A stretch of 64,000 bases of DNA from Candidatus Foliamicus sp. (GTDB lineage: Bacteria > Pseudomonadota > Gammaproteobacteria > Steroidobacterales > Foliamicaceae), in NCBI GenBank assembly GCA_965221325.1, contig OZ244880.1; one strand, written 5' to 3'. The translations under genes were made by a program, and so were the position numbers. The notes beneath the pieces were generated by a model. That model saw only the letters and a list, made by a program, of their open reading frames with translations. It had not been told where the DNA came from and searched no databases. Each line of letters begins with the position of its first letter. Positions within the stretch are counted from its first letter, which is position 1. Below are positions 9,001-17,283 of this stretch, piece after piece.

Positions 9001-9455
9001 GCGACGTCTCCGCATTCCATCACTGCGTAGCCGCTGGGCCGAAACCCCAGCGCCCGATAAGCCGCAATCGCCTTGGCATTCTCGCGCTCCACGTAGAGCC
9101 GCAGCAGGCAACCATTGTGGCCGGCCTCTTCAAGCACGTGCTTGCAAAGCCTGCGGAATACGCCGCGCCCGCGGTGGCCTGGCGCAGTATATACACTCTG
9201 AAGCCACCAGATCATGCAGTTGCGCCAATCGCTCCATTCGGTGGTGATCATCAACTGTCCTATCGCCAGACCCTCGGCGGATACTGCGAGGAAATAGCGC
9301 CCCAAGGCGGGATCGGCGAAGATCCTGGAGACCCCCGCCGCCACCGTGCGGGCATCAAGCCGCAAGCCTTCCGATTCCCGGGCAAGCGCGATGTTGAACT
9401 CGACTATGGTGGGCGCATCTTGCGAGTGCGCCGGGCGCACGATGATCGCGCTCAT
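8997..9455 (-). CDS. GNAT-family N-acetyltransferase
   Basis: 152 aa from ATG 9455 (ATGA overlap with the MBL stop). GNAT core with an acetyl-CoA-binding-like segment APGHRGRGVFRRL. Confidence 0.8.
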   Translation of the reverse strand: MSAIIVRPAHSQDAPTIVEFNIALARESEGLRLDARTVAAGVSRIFADPALGRYFLAVSAEGLAIGQLMITTEWSDWRNCMIWWLQSVYTAPGHRGRGVFRRLCKHVLEEAGHNGCLLRLYVERENAKAIAAYRALGFRPSGYAVMECGDVA

Positions 9456-10309
9456 GGTAGATGCTGAGCGCTGGCTCGCCACCGACCTGTGCGGCAACGA
9501 GCCTTGCCTTCGGCCTCAAGTTTGTGCAGATGCGCCTCCAGGGACAGGGCAGCCACGGAATGTAGCCGCTCGGCAACATCATCGTAAACGCGCGGGACAA
9601 GTTCGCCCAAGGCCACGGGCCCGATTCTATCCAGCACAGCCATCACCTTGGCCTCGCGCGCCTCGCGGTGAGCGATGAGCGCCGCAATTTCAGCACGCGG
9701 TCGGTCGATCCAATGGCCATGACCGGGCGCCAGCGCTTCGAGCGGAAGTTTGAGCACACGGCGCAGGGATCGCATGTAGTCCGTCATGTTGCCGTCAGGC
9801 GGAGCAATCACTACGGTAGAGCCCTGCATTACGTGGTCGCCCGTGAACAGAACACCGTGCGCGGCAAACCACCAGCAGAAGTGATTGGAGGCATGGCCAG
9901 GTGTGTGGACGGCCTTGAGAACTACTCCTCCGAGTTCCACCTGCTCGCCGTGTCCGGGCTGCTGCGAGGGCCGGAAGCTGCGGTCCTGCCGCCCGGCCGG
10001 CGGCGGCGCGGGGCCAATGACGGTCGCTCCGGTGCGTTCAGCCAGCAAGGCGGCGGCAGGCGAATGATCGGCGTGGGTGTGCGTTACCAACACCCATCGA
10101 ATGCGTCCGGGCGCCTTGGCAAGCAGGTTGTCAACATGCTTGCGCGATGCGGGGCCCGGGTCCAGCACTGCCAGGTCGCGCTCACCCAGTATCCAGGTGT
10201 TGGTGCCGGGGCCGGTCATCATGCCCGCATTGAAAGCGGTTATGCGGTGGATGTCGGGCGCCAGCCGCACGATTTCGCCAGGGCGAATGGGCTTGCGCGG
10301 AACAGGCAT
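9452..10309 (-). CDS. MBL-fold metallo-hydrolase
   Basis: HTHADH (HxHxDH) zinc motif and downstream His/Asp ligand positions (TPGHASNH, FTGDHV). ATG 10309 follows GAGAGG. Confidence 0.85.
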   Translation of the reverse strand: MPVPRKPIRPGEIVRLAPDIHRITAFNAGMMTGPGTNTWILGERDLAVLDPGPASRKHVDNLLAKAPGRIRWVLVTHTHADHSPAAALLAERTGATVIGPAPPPAGRQDRSFRPSQQPGHGEQVELGGVVLKAVHTPGHASNHFCWWFAAHGVLFTGDHVMQGSTVVIAPPDGNMTDYMRSLRRVLKLPLEALAPGHGHWIDRPRAEIAALIAHREAREAKVMAVLDRIGPVALGELVPRVYDDVAERLHSVAALSLEAHLHKLEAEGKARCRTGRWRASAQHLP

Positions 10310-10318
10310 GGTCGCCTC

Positions 10319-11242
10319 TCAGCCGTCCTTGGCGCTGCGCCGGCCAGCTTGGGCGCCACTGCCGACTGCGCTGGAACCGGAAGCTTGCAGCGGCTCGGGG
10401 GGCGCAGGCGGCTGGAACGTGGGCGGCGCCTTGGAGCGTAGCGACGCCGGGGAGCGCTCCATCGTGAACGGTCCCAGCACCTCTCCCGTGGGCAGGCAGG
10501 ACATCAGCTTGCCGTTTATTCGCCGAACCTCAGGGCACATCGCCGTAACGGAGCGGCTGCCAACCCTGCGGGCCCAGTCCAGCGCTTGATCAAGGTTGTT
10601 CATTCCGGCCAGCGCGCGCAGCAAGTGGCGGGTCGGAGGCGCCAGCGCACTATCCCCTTGCAGAGCCAGCGCAGGACTGAACCACCGCACCCGCAAAGCC
10701 TCTTGCCCGTCGGCGCGGGCTGTGGCGCCGGGCGGGGCGGCGGCAACGAAAAACCGCGTCGAGAACCGGCGCTGCGCCAATCGGGGCGTTATCCAGTGGG
10801 CGACGTAATGCAGGCGCCTTGCCGGGAAACGCCAGTTACCTCGGCGGCAGAGATCGGCGAACCCGGCATGTCCCGCAGTGAGGGCCCGGCGCGCGCCCGG
10901 TGCGGCGCGCAGAGCTTGGCCGGAACAGTTCACCGCGATGAGCATGCCCGTCTCTTCGAAGGTCTCGCGGATCGCCGCTATCCAGTACGCCAGCCCATCG
11001 CGGTGCACCGATAGCACGCGGCTGGCTGCCGCGTTTTCCATGGCCAGACAGCGGCGGTAGAGTGCCGGATTGCGGTCCTGCGCGTCCAGCACACCTCCGG
11101 GAAACACCCAGGCGCCGCCGAACGTTGCGCGCGCCGGCCGTTTCAGCATAAGCGCCTCGATGCCGCCGCGTGCGCCGCGCAGCAGCATGAGTGTCGTGGA
11201 GGGTAGCGGCGGGCTGGACGCGCGTGGTGGCGGGGCGGACAT
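10319..11242 (-). CDS. NUDIX-family hydrolase
   Basis: Nudix-box-like region WVFPGGVLD ... IRETFEETGMLI. It is the first gene of a four-gene minus-strand operon. Confidence 0.75.
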   Translation of the reverse strand: MSAPPPRASSPPLPSTTLMLLRGARGGIEALMLKRPARATFGGAWVFPGGVLDAQDRNPALYRRCLAMENAAASRVLSVHRDGLAYWIAAIRETFEETGMLIAVNCSGQALRAAPGARRALTAGHAGFADLCRRGNWRFPARRLHYVAHWITPRLAQRRFSTRFFVAAAPPGATARADGQEALRVRWFSPALALQGDSALAPPTRHLLRALAGMNNLDQALDWARRVGSRSVTAMCPEVRRINGKLMSCLPTGEVLGPFTMERSPASLRSKAPPTFQPPAPPEPLQASGSSAVGSGAQAGRRSAKDG

Positions 11243-11295
11243 GAGCGGAAAATGCTAGCATCGCAAGTCGATTTGTGGGAGTTGAGGATGCTTGA

Positions 11296-12054
11296 ATGCG
11301 ATTCGATGATCAATCCGTCGTAATCACGGGGGCGGCCGGTGGGCTTGGCCAGGCGTATGCGGTGGAATTCGCGCGGCGCGGCGCCCGCCTGATGCTCTGC
11401 GATCTCAAGGATTGCTCCGAAACGGCCGAACTGGTTAAGGAAGCCGGCGGCAAGGCACTCACGGCCAAGGTCGATGTCACCTCGCTTTCGGACCTTGAAG
11501 CCATGGCCACCAGAGCGGCGGAAGCCCAGGGCCGCATCGACGTGCTGGTCAACAACGCCGCATTGTGGGGCAATCTCAAGCTGCAGCGATTCGACCAGGT
11601 TGCCGAAGAGCTATGGGACGCAACCATGGCGGTAAACGTCAAGGGCGTGTGGTTGGCCTGCCGTGCCGCAGCGCCGCACATGCAATCCGGGCAAGGCGGC
11701 TCGATCATCAATATCGCATCGCTGGCGGCCACCTACGGCATGGCTAACGTGATTCATTACACGACCTCCAAAGCCGCCGTGATCGGGCTGACGCGCGGAC
11801 TGGCGAGAGAGATGGGCCGTTACAACGTGCGCGTAAACGCAGTGGCCCCTAATATCGTATCGACGCCGGCATCGGCGGACTTCTTTGGCGACAAGCTCGA
11901 AAGAGCGGTCGGAGCCACGACATCGCAACAGGCCATACGCAAGCCGCTTGAGACCGGCGACGTGGTGGGCGCGGTACTCTGGCTGGCCAGCGACTTGAGT
12001 GGCATGACAACCGGCCAGACGCTGATGGTGGACGGCGGCGTAACCTTCCTCTGA
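11296..12054 (+). CDS. SDR-family oxidoreductase
   Basis: TGAAGGLG Rossmann motif, NNAA, catalytic YTTSK (YxxxK). GAGGA lies upstream of ATG 11296. Confidence 0.9.
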   Translation: MRFDDQSVVITGAAGGLGQAYAVEFARRGARLMLCDLKDCSETAELVKEAGGKALTAKVDVTSLSDLEAMATRAAEAQGRIDVLVNNAALWGNLKLQRFDQVAEELWDATMAVNVKGVWLACRAAAPHMQSGQGGSIINIASLAATYGMANVIHYTTSKAAVIGLTRGLAREMGRYNVRVNAVAPNIVSTPASADFFGDKLERAVGATTSQQAIRKPLETGDVVGAVLWLASDLSGMTTGQTLMVDGGVTFL

Positions 12055-12088
12055 TCCGCCGGGCCGGATCGACTAGCCGGCGGCTAAA

Positions 12089-12319
12089 TCAGGCCGGCTT
12101 GGGCTTTGGCGGCGGGTCCTGTGTTTGGGGCGACAGTAGGCCCTCGATATGGCTTACGCGACCGTTGAGGGTGAAGAGTTCCCCGCGCAGCCCGCTGACC
12201 TCGCGCCGAACGTCCCCGATTTCGCGCCGGATATCCCCGACTTCACGGCGCAGATCAAACCATGCGCCCAAAATCGCCGCTGCGATGATTGCGGCGGGAA
12301 CATATTCCTCGAAATTCAT
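12089..12319 (-). CDS. small membrane-anchored coiled-coil protein (hypothetical)
   Basis: Strong SD (AAGGAGGAAGGCT-ATG). N-terminal hydrophobic helix AAIIAAAILGAWF, then heptad repeats RREVGDI/RREIGDV/RREVSGL, and a Pro/Lys tail. Confidence 0.55.
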   Translation of the reverse strand: MNFEEYVPAAIIAAAILGAWFDLRREVGDIRREIGDVRREVSGLRGELFTLNGRVSHIEGLLSPQTQDPPPKPKPA

Positions 12320-12412
12320 AGCCTTCCTCCTTGGGCCAAGCCCTTGGCAAGCAACGGATTATAGCCGCAACCCCTCCCATGGGGGGACAGTGCAGCCGGC
12401 ATCCGGAGCCGG

Positions 12413-13207
12413 CTAGAAAGGCTGAGGTTCGCCGTTGTAGCGGATGAAGCTGCCGGAGTCTTCGGGCTTAAGGCCGTCGATCACCTCGATCATTCCGGCA
12501 ATGCTCTCGGCGGGCTCCAGAAAGCCCTTCATTCCCATCCGGTCAACCATTTCGGCCACTTTCTCGACCTTGACGGTGCCGGGAGAAAGCAAGGCCACCG
12601 TAATGCCCTTGCGCTTGGAATCGGCGGCCACGCCCACCATCATCATGTTAAGCGCCGCCTTGCTTGACCGGTACCAATAGATTCCGCCCTTGCCTCCCGA
12701 TTCGCCTTCAAACGAACCGGCCAGCGAACTGATCGCCACGATTTTCTTCTGATCGCTGGCCGCCACATTGTCCTGGAATGCCTCGCTGACCTTCAGCGCG
12801 CCCAGCGCGTTGGTGCGAAAGAAATGCACCGCCATGTCGTAGTCGAGCGTACCCAGAGATTGCGGCTTGGGTTTGGTGAAATCTCCGGTAATGCCCGCGT
12901 TGTTGATCAGCACGTCGATCGGCGCACCATCCAGCTTTGCCGCCAGCGCATCTATGCTGGCATGGTCGGTCACGTCCAGTTTTTCGGCGCGCACGTTCTC
13001 GTGCTGCGATTCGAGTTCGGCCAGAGTGTCGGGCGTAATGTCGCGGCGATGGGTGGCGATTACCGTCCAGCCTTTGTCGGCGTATTGCTTGGCGAATTCC
13101 AGCCCGATCCCGCGATTCGAGCCGGTAATCAGCACGGTTTGCGCCTCGGCCGCGGACATCAGGATGAGACCGGCCAGGATACCGGCCATGAAGTTGAACT
13201 TGCGCAT
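12413..13207 (-). CDS. SDR-family oxidoreductase with N-terminal signal peptide
   Basis: From ATG 13207: MRKFNFMAGILAGLILMSAAEA signal-like segment, then ITGSNRGIG, NNAG and YRSSK (YxxxK). Confidence 0.85.
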   Translation of the reverse strand: MRKFNFMAGILAGLILMSAAEAQTVLITGSNRGIGLEFAKQYADKGWTVIATHRRDITPDTLAELESQHENVRAEKLDVTDHASIDALAAKLDGAPIDVLINNAGITGDFTKPKPQSLGTLDYDMAVHFFRTNALGALKVSEAFQDNVAASDQKKIVAISSLAGSFEGESGGKGGIYWYRSSKAALNMMMVGVAADSKRKGITVALLSPGTVKVEKVAEMVDRMGMKGFLEPAESIAGMIEVIDGLKPEDSGSFIRYNGEPQPF

Positions 13208-13396
13208 GAGAAATTCCCGCGAAACACCACACGCGCATTCTATCCTGCGACGCAACGCGGGCCTTCAGCTTCGGCGTTGCAGGATGTTCTCTTGAAGGGC
13301 CGGACGACCTGGTCTCGGAAGTCGGCCGTGTAATACGCGGCGGCATAGAATAGCTGGCGAGAAAGCTGTTTTGCGTGCCCGAATTGCCGCAAAGCG

Positions 13397-14575
13397 ATGT
13401 GGAATATGGATGAGCGTCCAGTAATACTGATCGGGGCCGGAATCGGCGGCTTGACTTGCGCCTTGGCGCTGCAGCGCGCCGGCATTCCGGTGCGGGTGTA
13501 CGAGCAGGCCCCGGAACTGGGCGAAGTCGGAGCAGGGCTGACCCTGAGCCCAAACGGCAGCAGGGGAATCGGCGGCCTGGGGTTGGAAGAAAGCTTGGCG
13601 AACGCCGCCGACATACCGAGCTATCAGGCCGTGCATCACTACAAGACGGGGCGTGTGCTGGTGCGCATAGAGCGCGGCGATCTGCCTCGCCAGGAATACG
13701 GCTCGCCCTATTACCAAATCCATCGCGCCGATCTACACGAAATGCTTTCTGACGCAGTGCTCGCCAACGACCCGGAATGCATACGACTCGGACACGAATT
13801 CGAAAGCTTTACGCAAGACGAGAGCGAGGCGCGCGCCTACTTCCGCAACGGCGCCAGCGCCACCGGCCGCTTGCTGGTGGGTTGCGACGGCGTCAAGTCC
13901 CCCGTGCGCTCGGCATTGCACGACAGCGAATCGCCCGAGTTCACCGGCTATGTCGCATGGCGCGGGCTGGCACCTGCCACGGCGGTGCCGCCCGAAGCCG
14001 TCGATCCACCCTCGGGTATCTACATCGGCCCCGGCCACCTGTTTGTTCGTTACCTCATTCGCGGCGCAGAAACGGTCAACTACGTGGCGTTTGTGCGGCG
14101 CGACGACTGGCAGACAGAGAGCTGGTCGCAGCGTTCCGAGGTGTCGGAGGTGCTAGGCGAATTTGGCGAATTCCATCTTCTGGTGCGGTCGATAATCGGC
14201 GCAACTCCGCCGGAGCTCTGCTACAAGTGGGGCCTATTTTCCCGGCGGCCGCTGGAATTCTGGAGCGTGAACCGCGTGTCTTTGCTCGGCGACGCTGCCC
14301 ATCCCACGCTGCCGTTCATGGGCCAGGGCGCAGTCATGGCGATCGAGGACGGGGTCGTGCTGGCGCGCTGTCTGGCTGCCTCGGCGGATGTGGCCGAGGC
14401 CTTGCGGCGCTACGAGGCGGCGCGGGTGGAGCGCACCACGCTGGTAATGGACGAGTCGGCGGAAATCATCCACCGCTTCTTCGCCGCGGATACCGATCGT
14501 TTCGCCCAGGGCAACAACCGCAACGAAGAATCGCTGGGACTGTTCCGATACGATCCGTGGACAGTTCCGATATAA
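13397..14575 (+). CDS. FAD-dependent aromatic hydroxylase-type monooxygenase (salicylate/3-hydroxybenzoate hydroxylase-like)
   Basis: GAGIGGL dinucleotide fingerprint at the N-terminus and LLGDAAHPTLPFMGQGAVMAIEDG near the C-terminus, as in group A flavoprotein monooxygenases. Confidence 0.85.
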   Translation: MWNMDERPVILIGAGIGGLTCALALQRAGIPVRVYEQAPELGEVGAGLTLSPNGSRGIGGLGLEESLANAADIPSYQAVHHYKTGRVLVRIERGDLPRQEYGSPYYQIHRADLHEMLSDAVLANDPECIRLGHEFESFTQDESEARAYFRNGASATGRLLVGCDGVKSPVRSALHDSESPEFTGYVAWRGLAPATAVPPEAVDPPSGIYIGPGHLFVRYLIRGAETVNYVAFVRRDDWQTESWSQRSEVSEVLGEFGEFHLLVRSIIGATPPELCYKWGLFSRRPLEFWSVNRVSLLGDAAHPTLPFMGQGAVMAIEDGVVLARCLAASADVAEALRRYEAARVERTTLVMDESAEIIHRFFAADTDRFAQGNNRNEESLGLFRYDPWTVPI

Positions 14576-14606
14576 ACTGATCTCACTATAGTCCGGGAGA
14601 ATCGGC

Positions 14607-15752
14607 ATGTTCATCAACTTCTGGTATCCGGCGGTACAGTCCGCCAAGCTTGAAAACGAGCCCGTCAAGAGACGCATACTAGGGCAGGACTTTGTTCTAT
14701 GGCGCGACGAGAAAGGCAAGGCCCATTGCCTGAGCAATACCTGCTGCCATCGCGGCGGTTCGCTGGCCGATGGACTGGTGGCCGACAGTTGCGTGCAATG
14801 TCCTTATCACGGCTGGCGCTTCAACGGCGCAGGCCAGTGTGTGCGCGTGCCGTCGATCGGGATGAAAGCCAAGCCTCCGGGCCGCGCAAGGGTGGACTCC
14901 TACCCCGTCACGGAGCGCTACGGCCTGGTTTACTGCTTCCTTGGTGACCTCGAAGAAGACGAGCGCCCCCCCATCCTGGAGGTAAACGAGTGGGGCCAGG
15001 AGGGCTGGACATCCACCATCCAGGAATTCGAATGGAACATCAATTACAAGCGCTCCATCGAGAACGGTATCGACCCGGCGCATAACGAATTCGTGCACCC
15101 CACCCACGGCATGAAAGGGCTGGACGAGAACTACCATGTGCGCGAGTTGGACATGCGCGAAACCGACTGGGGCACGGGCTTCTTCAACGAGGTGTATGCG
15201 CCGCCCTTGGCCGAAAAGAAGATGCGCGAAGCTTCCGGCGAGACCGAAAACCGCGTCGTGCGGGTGGGCACGGGCCACCACGGCCCTGCCAGCGTGTGGA
15301 CTTTCATCAATCCCACGCCGGTCATGCACATCTACCAGTATCTCTACGAAGCGCCTATCGACGAAGACAGCACGCGGCTGTTCCTCATCAACATGCGCAA
15401 CTTCATGCTGGAGGAGATGTTCGACGAAACCATCATGGAGCGGAACCAGTATGTTGCGTTTCAGGACCGCGACGTGCTGAAGACCCTACACCCGAAAATC
15501 ACGCCGCGGGTCAACACCAAGGAGCTGTTCACGCCCTCGGACTACCCGATCGGGCGCTATCGGGAACGGCTGAAGGAATGGGAAGCGCGCGGCTGGCGGA
15601 TCGATACCGACAAGGTTCGCGCGCTGGAGCAGCACACGGCCTTCGCCATACCGAGCCCGGCGCGGCGCGACACCAAGGGTTGGGTCATTGACCCCATCCC
15701 GCTGATGCCGGCCACCCCGGCGCGCGCCGTCGAGACCAGCCAGGCCGCCTAG
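14607..15752 (+). CDS. Rieske [2Fe-2S] non-heme iron oxygenase, alpha/oxygenase subunit
   Basis: Rieske motif CCHRGGS...CPYHGWRF and iron-ligand region IDPAHNEFVHPTH. GGGAGA lies upstream of ATG 14607. Confidence 0.85.
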   Translation: MFINFWYPAVQSAKLENEPVKRRILGQDFVLWRDEKGKAHCLSNTCCHRGGSLADGLVADSCVQCPYHGWRFNGAGQCVRVPSIGMKAKPPGRARVDSYPVTERYGLVYCFLGDLEEDERPPILEVNEWGQEGWTSTIQEFEWNINYKRSIENGIDPAHNEFVHPTHGMKGLDENYHVRELDMRETDWGTGFFNEVYAPPLAEKKMREASGETENRVVRVGTGHHGPASVWTFINPTPVMHIYQYLYEAPIDEDSTRLFLINMRNFMLEEMFDETIMERNQYVAFQDRDVLKTLHPKITPRVNTKELFTPSDYPIGRYRERLKEWEARGWRIDTDKVRALEQHTAFAIPSPARRDTKGWVIDPIPLMPATPARAVETSQAA

Positions 15753-15773
15753 GCCGCGCGGGAATCCGCTTTC

Positions 15774-15794
15774 CGCCGGCGCGCCTTGCGCCGG
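15774..15794. terminator. hairpin between convergent genes
   Basis: gccggcgc-gcctt-gcgccggc: an 8-bp stem with a 5-nt loop, between the Rieske stop (15752) and the GPH transporter stop (15798). Confidence 0.4.
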
Positions 15795-15797
15795 CGG

Positions 15798-17180
15798 TCA
15801 GGTGGCCGCGCGTTTGGCGCGGAGCTCCTCCAGATATTCGCGGGTCAGTGTCCAGCGCATCAGGATGATGCCGGCAAACAGGTTGCATACTGCCGGAATG
15901 GCGGCGATTGACACGCGGATACCGGTTAGGGCACGTGGATCCTGATCCACGGCTATATCATCCACCGTGGACTCGTAGCCCAGCCACTGCAGGACAAGCC
16001 CCACCACCAGCGGCGCTGCGATAAAAGCCGTTTTCTCCACCATGTTATAGGCTCCGGCGAACACGCCCTCGCGGCGCAGCCCGGTCTTCAGATAATCGTA
16101 TTCCTGGACATCGGGCAACAGTGACATACCCAGCAGCAGCTTGCCCATGGCGAAAAATGACAACACCATGGACCGCAGGATAAGCAGCTCGACGGGCTCG
16201 CCCGGGTCCGCAATCCACCACCACATGACGAATACCATGAACCCGAAAGTCGCAATGATTAGTGCGGTATGCTTGCCTGTCATGCGCGACAATTTCGCCC
16301 AGACCGGTGCCGCAACCAGCGAGACCGATGCGTACCCCAAGCCGTAAAAGAGCATGACTCCCTGGGAGTGACCGAGGATTTCGGTCACAAAAAACAATAC
16401 GCTTCCTTGTGCAATTCCGGTGGCCAACAGTGTAAGCATCTTGAAGACCGCAAGCTTTCCGAAGTGAACATTGCGGATCGCGGTGCGGAACTGGCCCCTG
16501 ACACCTTGGCGTGCCTTGACATGCTTGGTGGCTCGCGCCCGAGCCGTGCCCGCGAAGCAGGCCACCATCGCTACGGTGGCTGTTATCCCCAAGGTCCATC
16601 CGACGATCGCGTAGCCCTGTATGCCGCCACCGAACTGCTGCGCCAGACGTGGTGCGAAGCCTCCCACCGCAAACGTGCCCAAGACAATGGCGATGGCCCG
16701 AAATGACATGATCGCGGTGCGTTCGTCATAGTTATCGGACATTTCCGCCGGCATGGAAAGATGTGGCACGTTAAACAGCGTGTAGCCGGTGTTGAAGAGC
16801 AATAGGGCGCCCAACACATAAACCGCCTTGACAGTGTCGGACACGTCCGTCGGCGTCGAGAAAAGCATTACGAATGCGGGTCCGCATACAAAAGCGCCTA
16901 CAAGCAACCATGGCCTACGCCGACCGAAACGGCTGCGCGTACGATCGCTGACAATGCCCATTGGCACGTCGGTAGCCCAGTCATAACCTTTGGCGATTGC
17001 CAGAAGCAGGCCCGCCACACCTGCCGCTACACCTGCAATGTTCGTCAGATAAAACAGTAACAGAGTGGAGTAAGTGTTGAACAACAACGCCACTCCAAGT
17101 GCGCCAATGCCCCACCCAGCGCGCAGGGAAAGCGGGACGGAACCCTCAACCCGGGTCAACCGGTCAAGCATGGTTTGCAT
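15798..17180 (-). CDS. GPH-family (MelB-like) MFS cation symporter
   Basis: About 12 TM segments. The loop motif DRTRSRFGRRRPW is characteristic of glycoside-pentoside-hexuronide transporters. Confidence 0.85.
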   Translation of the reverse strand: MQTMLDRLTRVEGSVPLSLRAGWGIGALGVALLFNTYSTLLLFYLTNIAGVAAGVAGLLLAIAKGYDWATDVPMGIVSDRTRSRFGRRRPWLLVGAFVCGPAFVMLFSTPTDVSDTVKAVYVLGALLLFNTGYTLFNVPHLSMPAEMSDNYDERTAIMSFRAIAIVLGTFAVGGFAPRLAQQFGGGIQGYAIVGWTLGITATVAMVACFAGTARARATKHVKARQGVRGQFRTAIRNVHFGKLAVFKMLTLLATGIAQGSVLFFVTEILGHSQGVMLFYGLGYASVSLVAAPVWAKLSRMTGKHTALIIATFGFMVFVMWWWIADPGEPVELLILRSMVLSFFAMGKLLLGMSLLPDVQEYDYLKTGLRREGVFAGAYNMVEKTAFIAAPLVVGLVLQWLGYESTVDDIAVDQDPRALTGIRVSIAAIPAVCNLFAGIILMRWTLTREYLEELRAKRAAT

Positions 17181-17283
17181 TTTGGAGGCGCCTCGAAGCA
17201 GCGAATAGCGCGGCAGGATAGCACGGGGCGCGGCAGCGGTGTATCCTCCAATCCGTTACCGATACGAAAGGAGCCGAGGGGCG

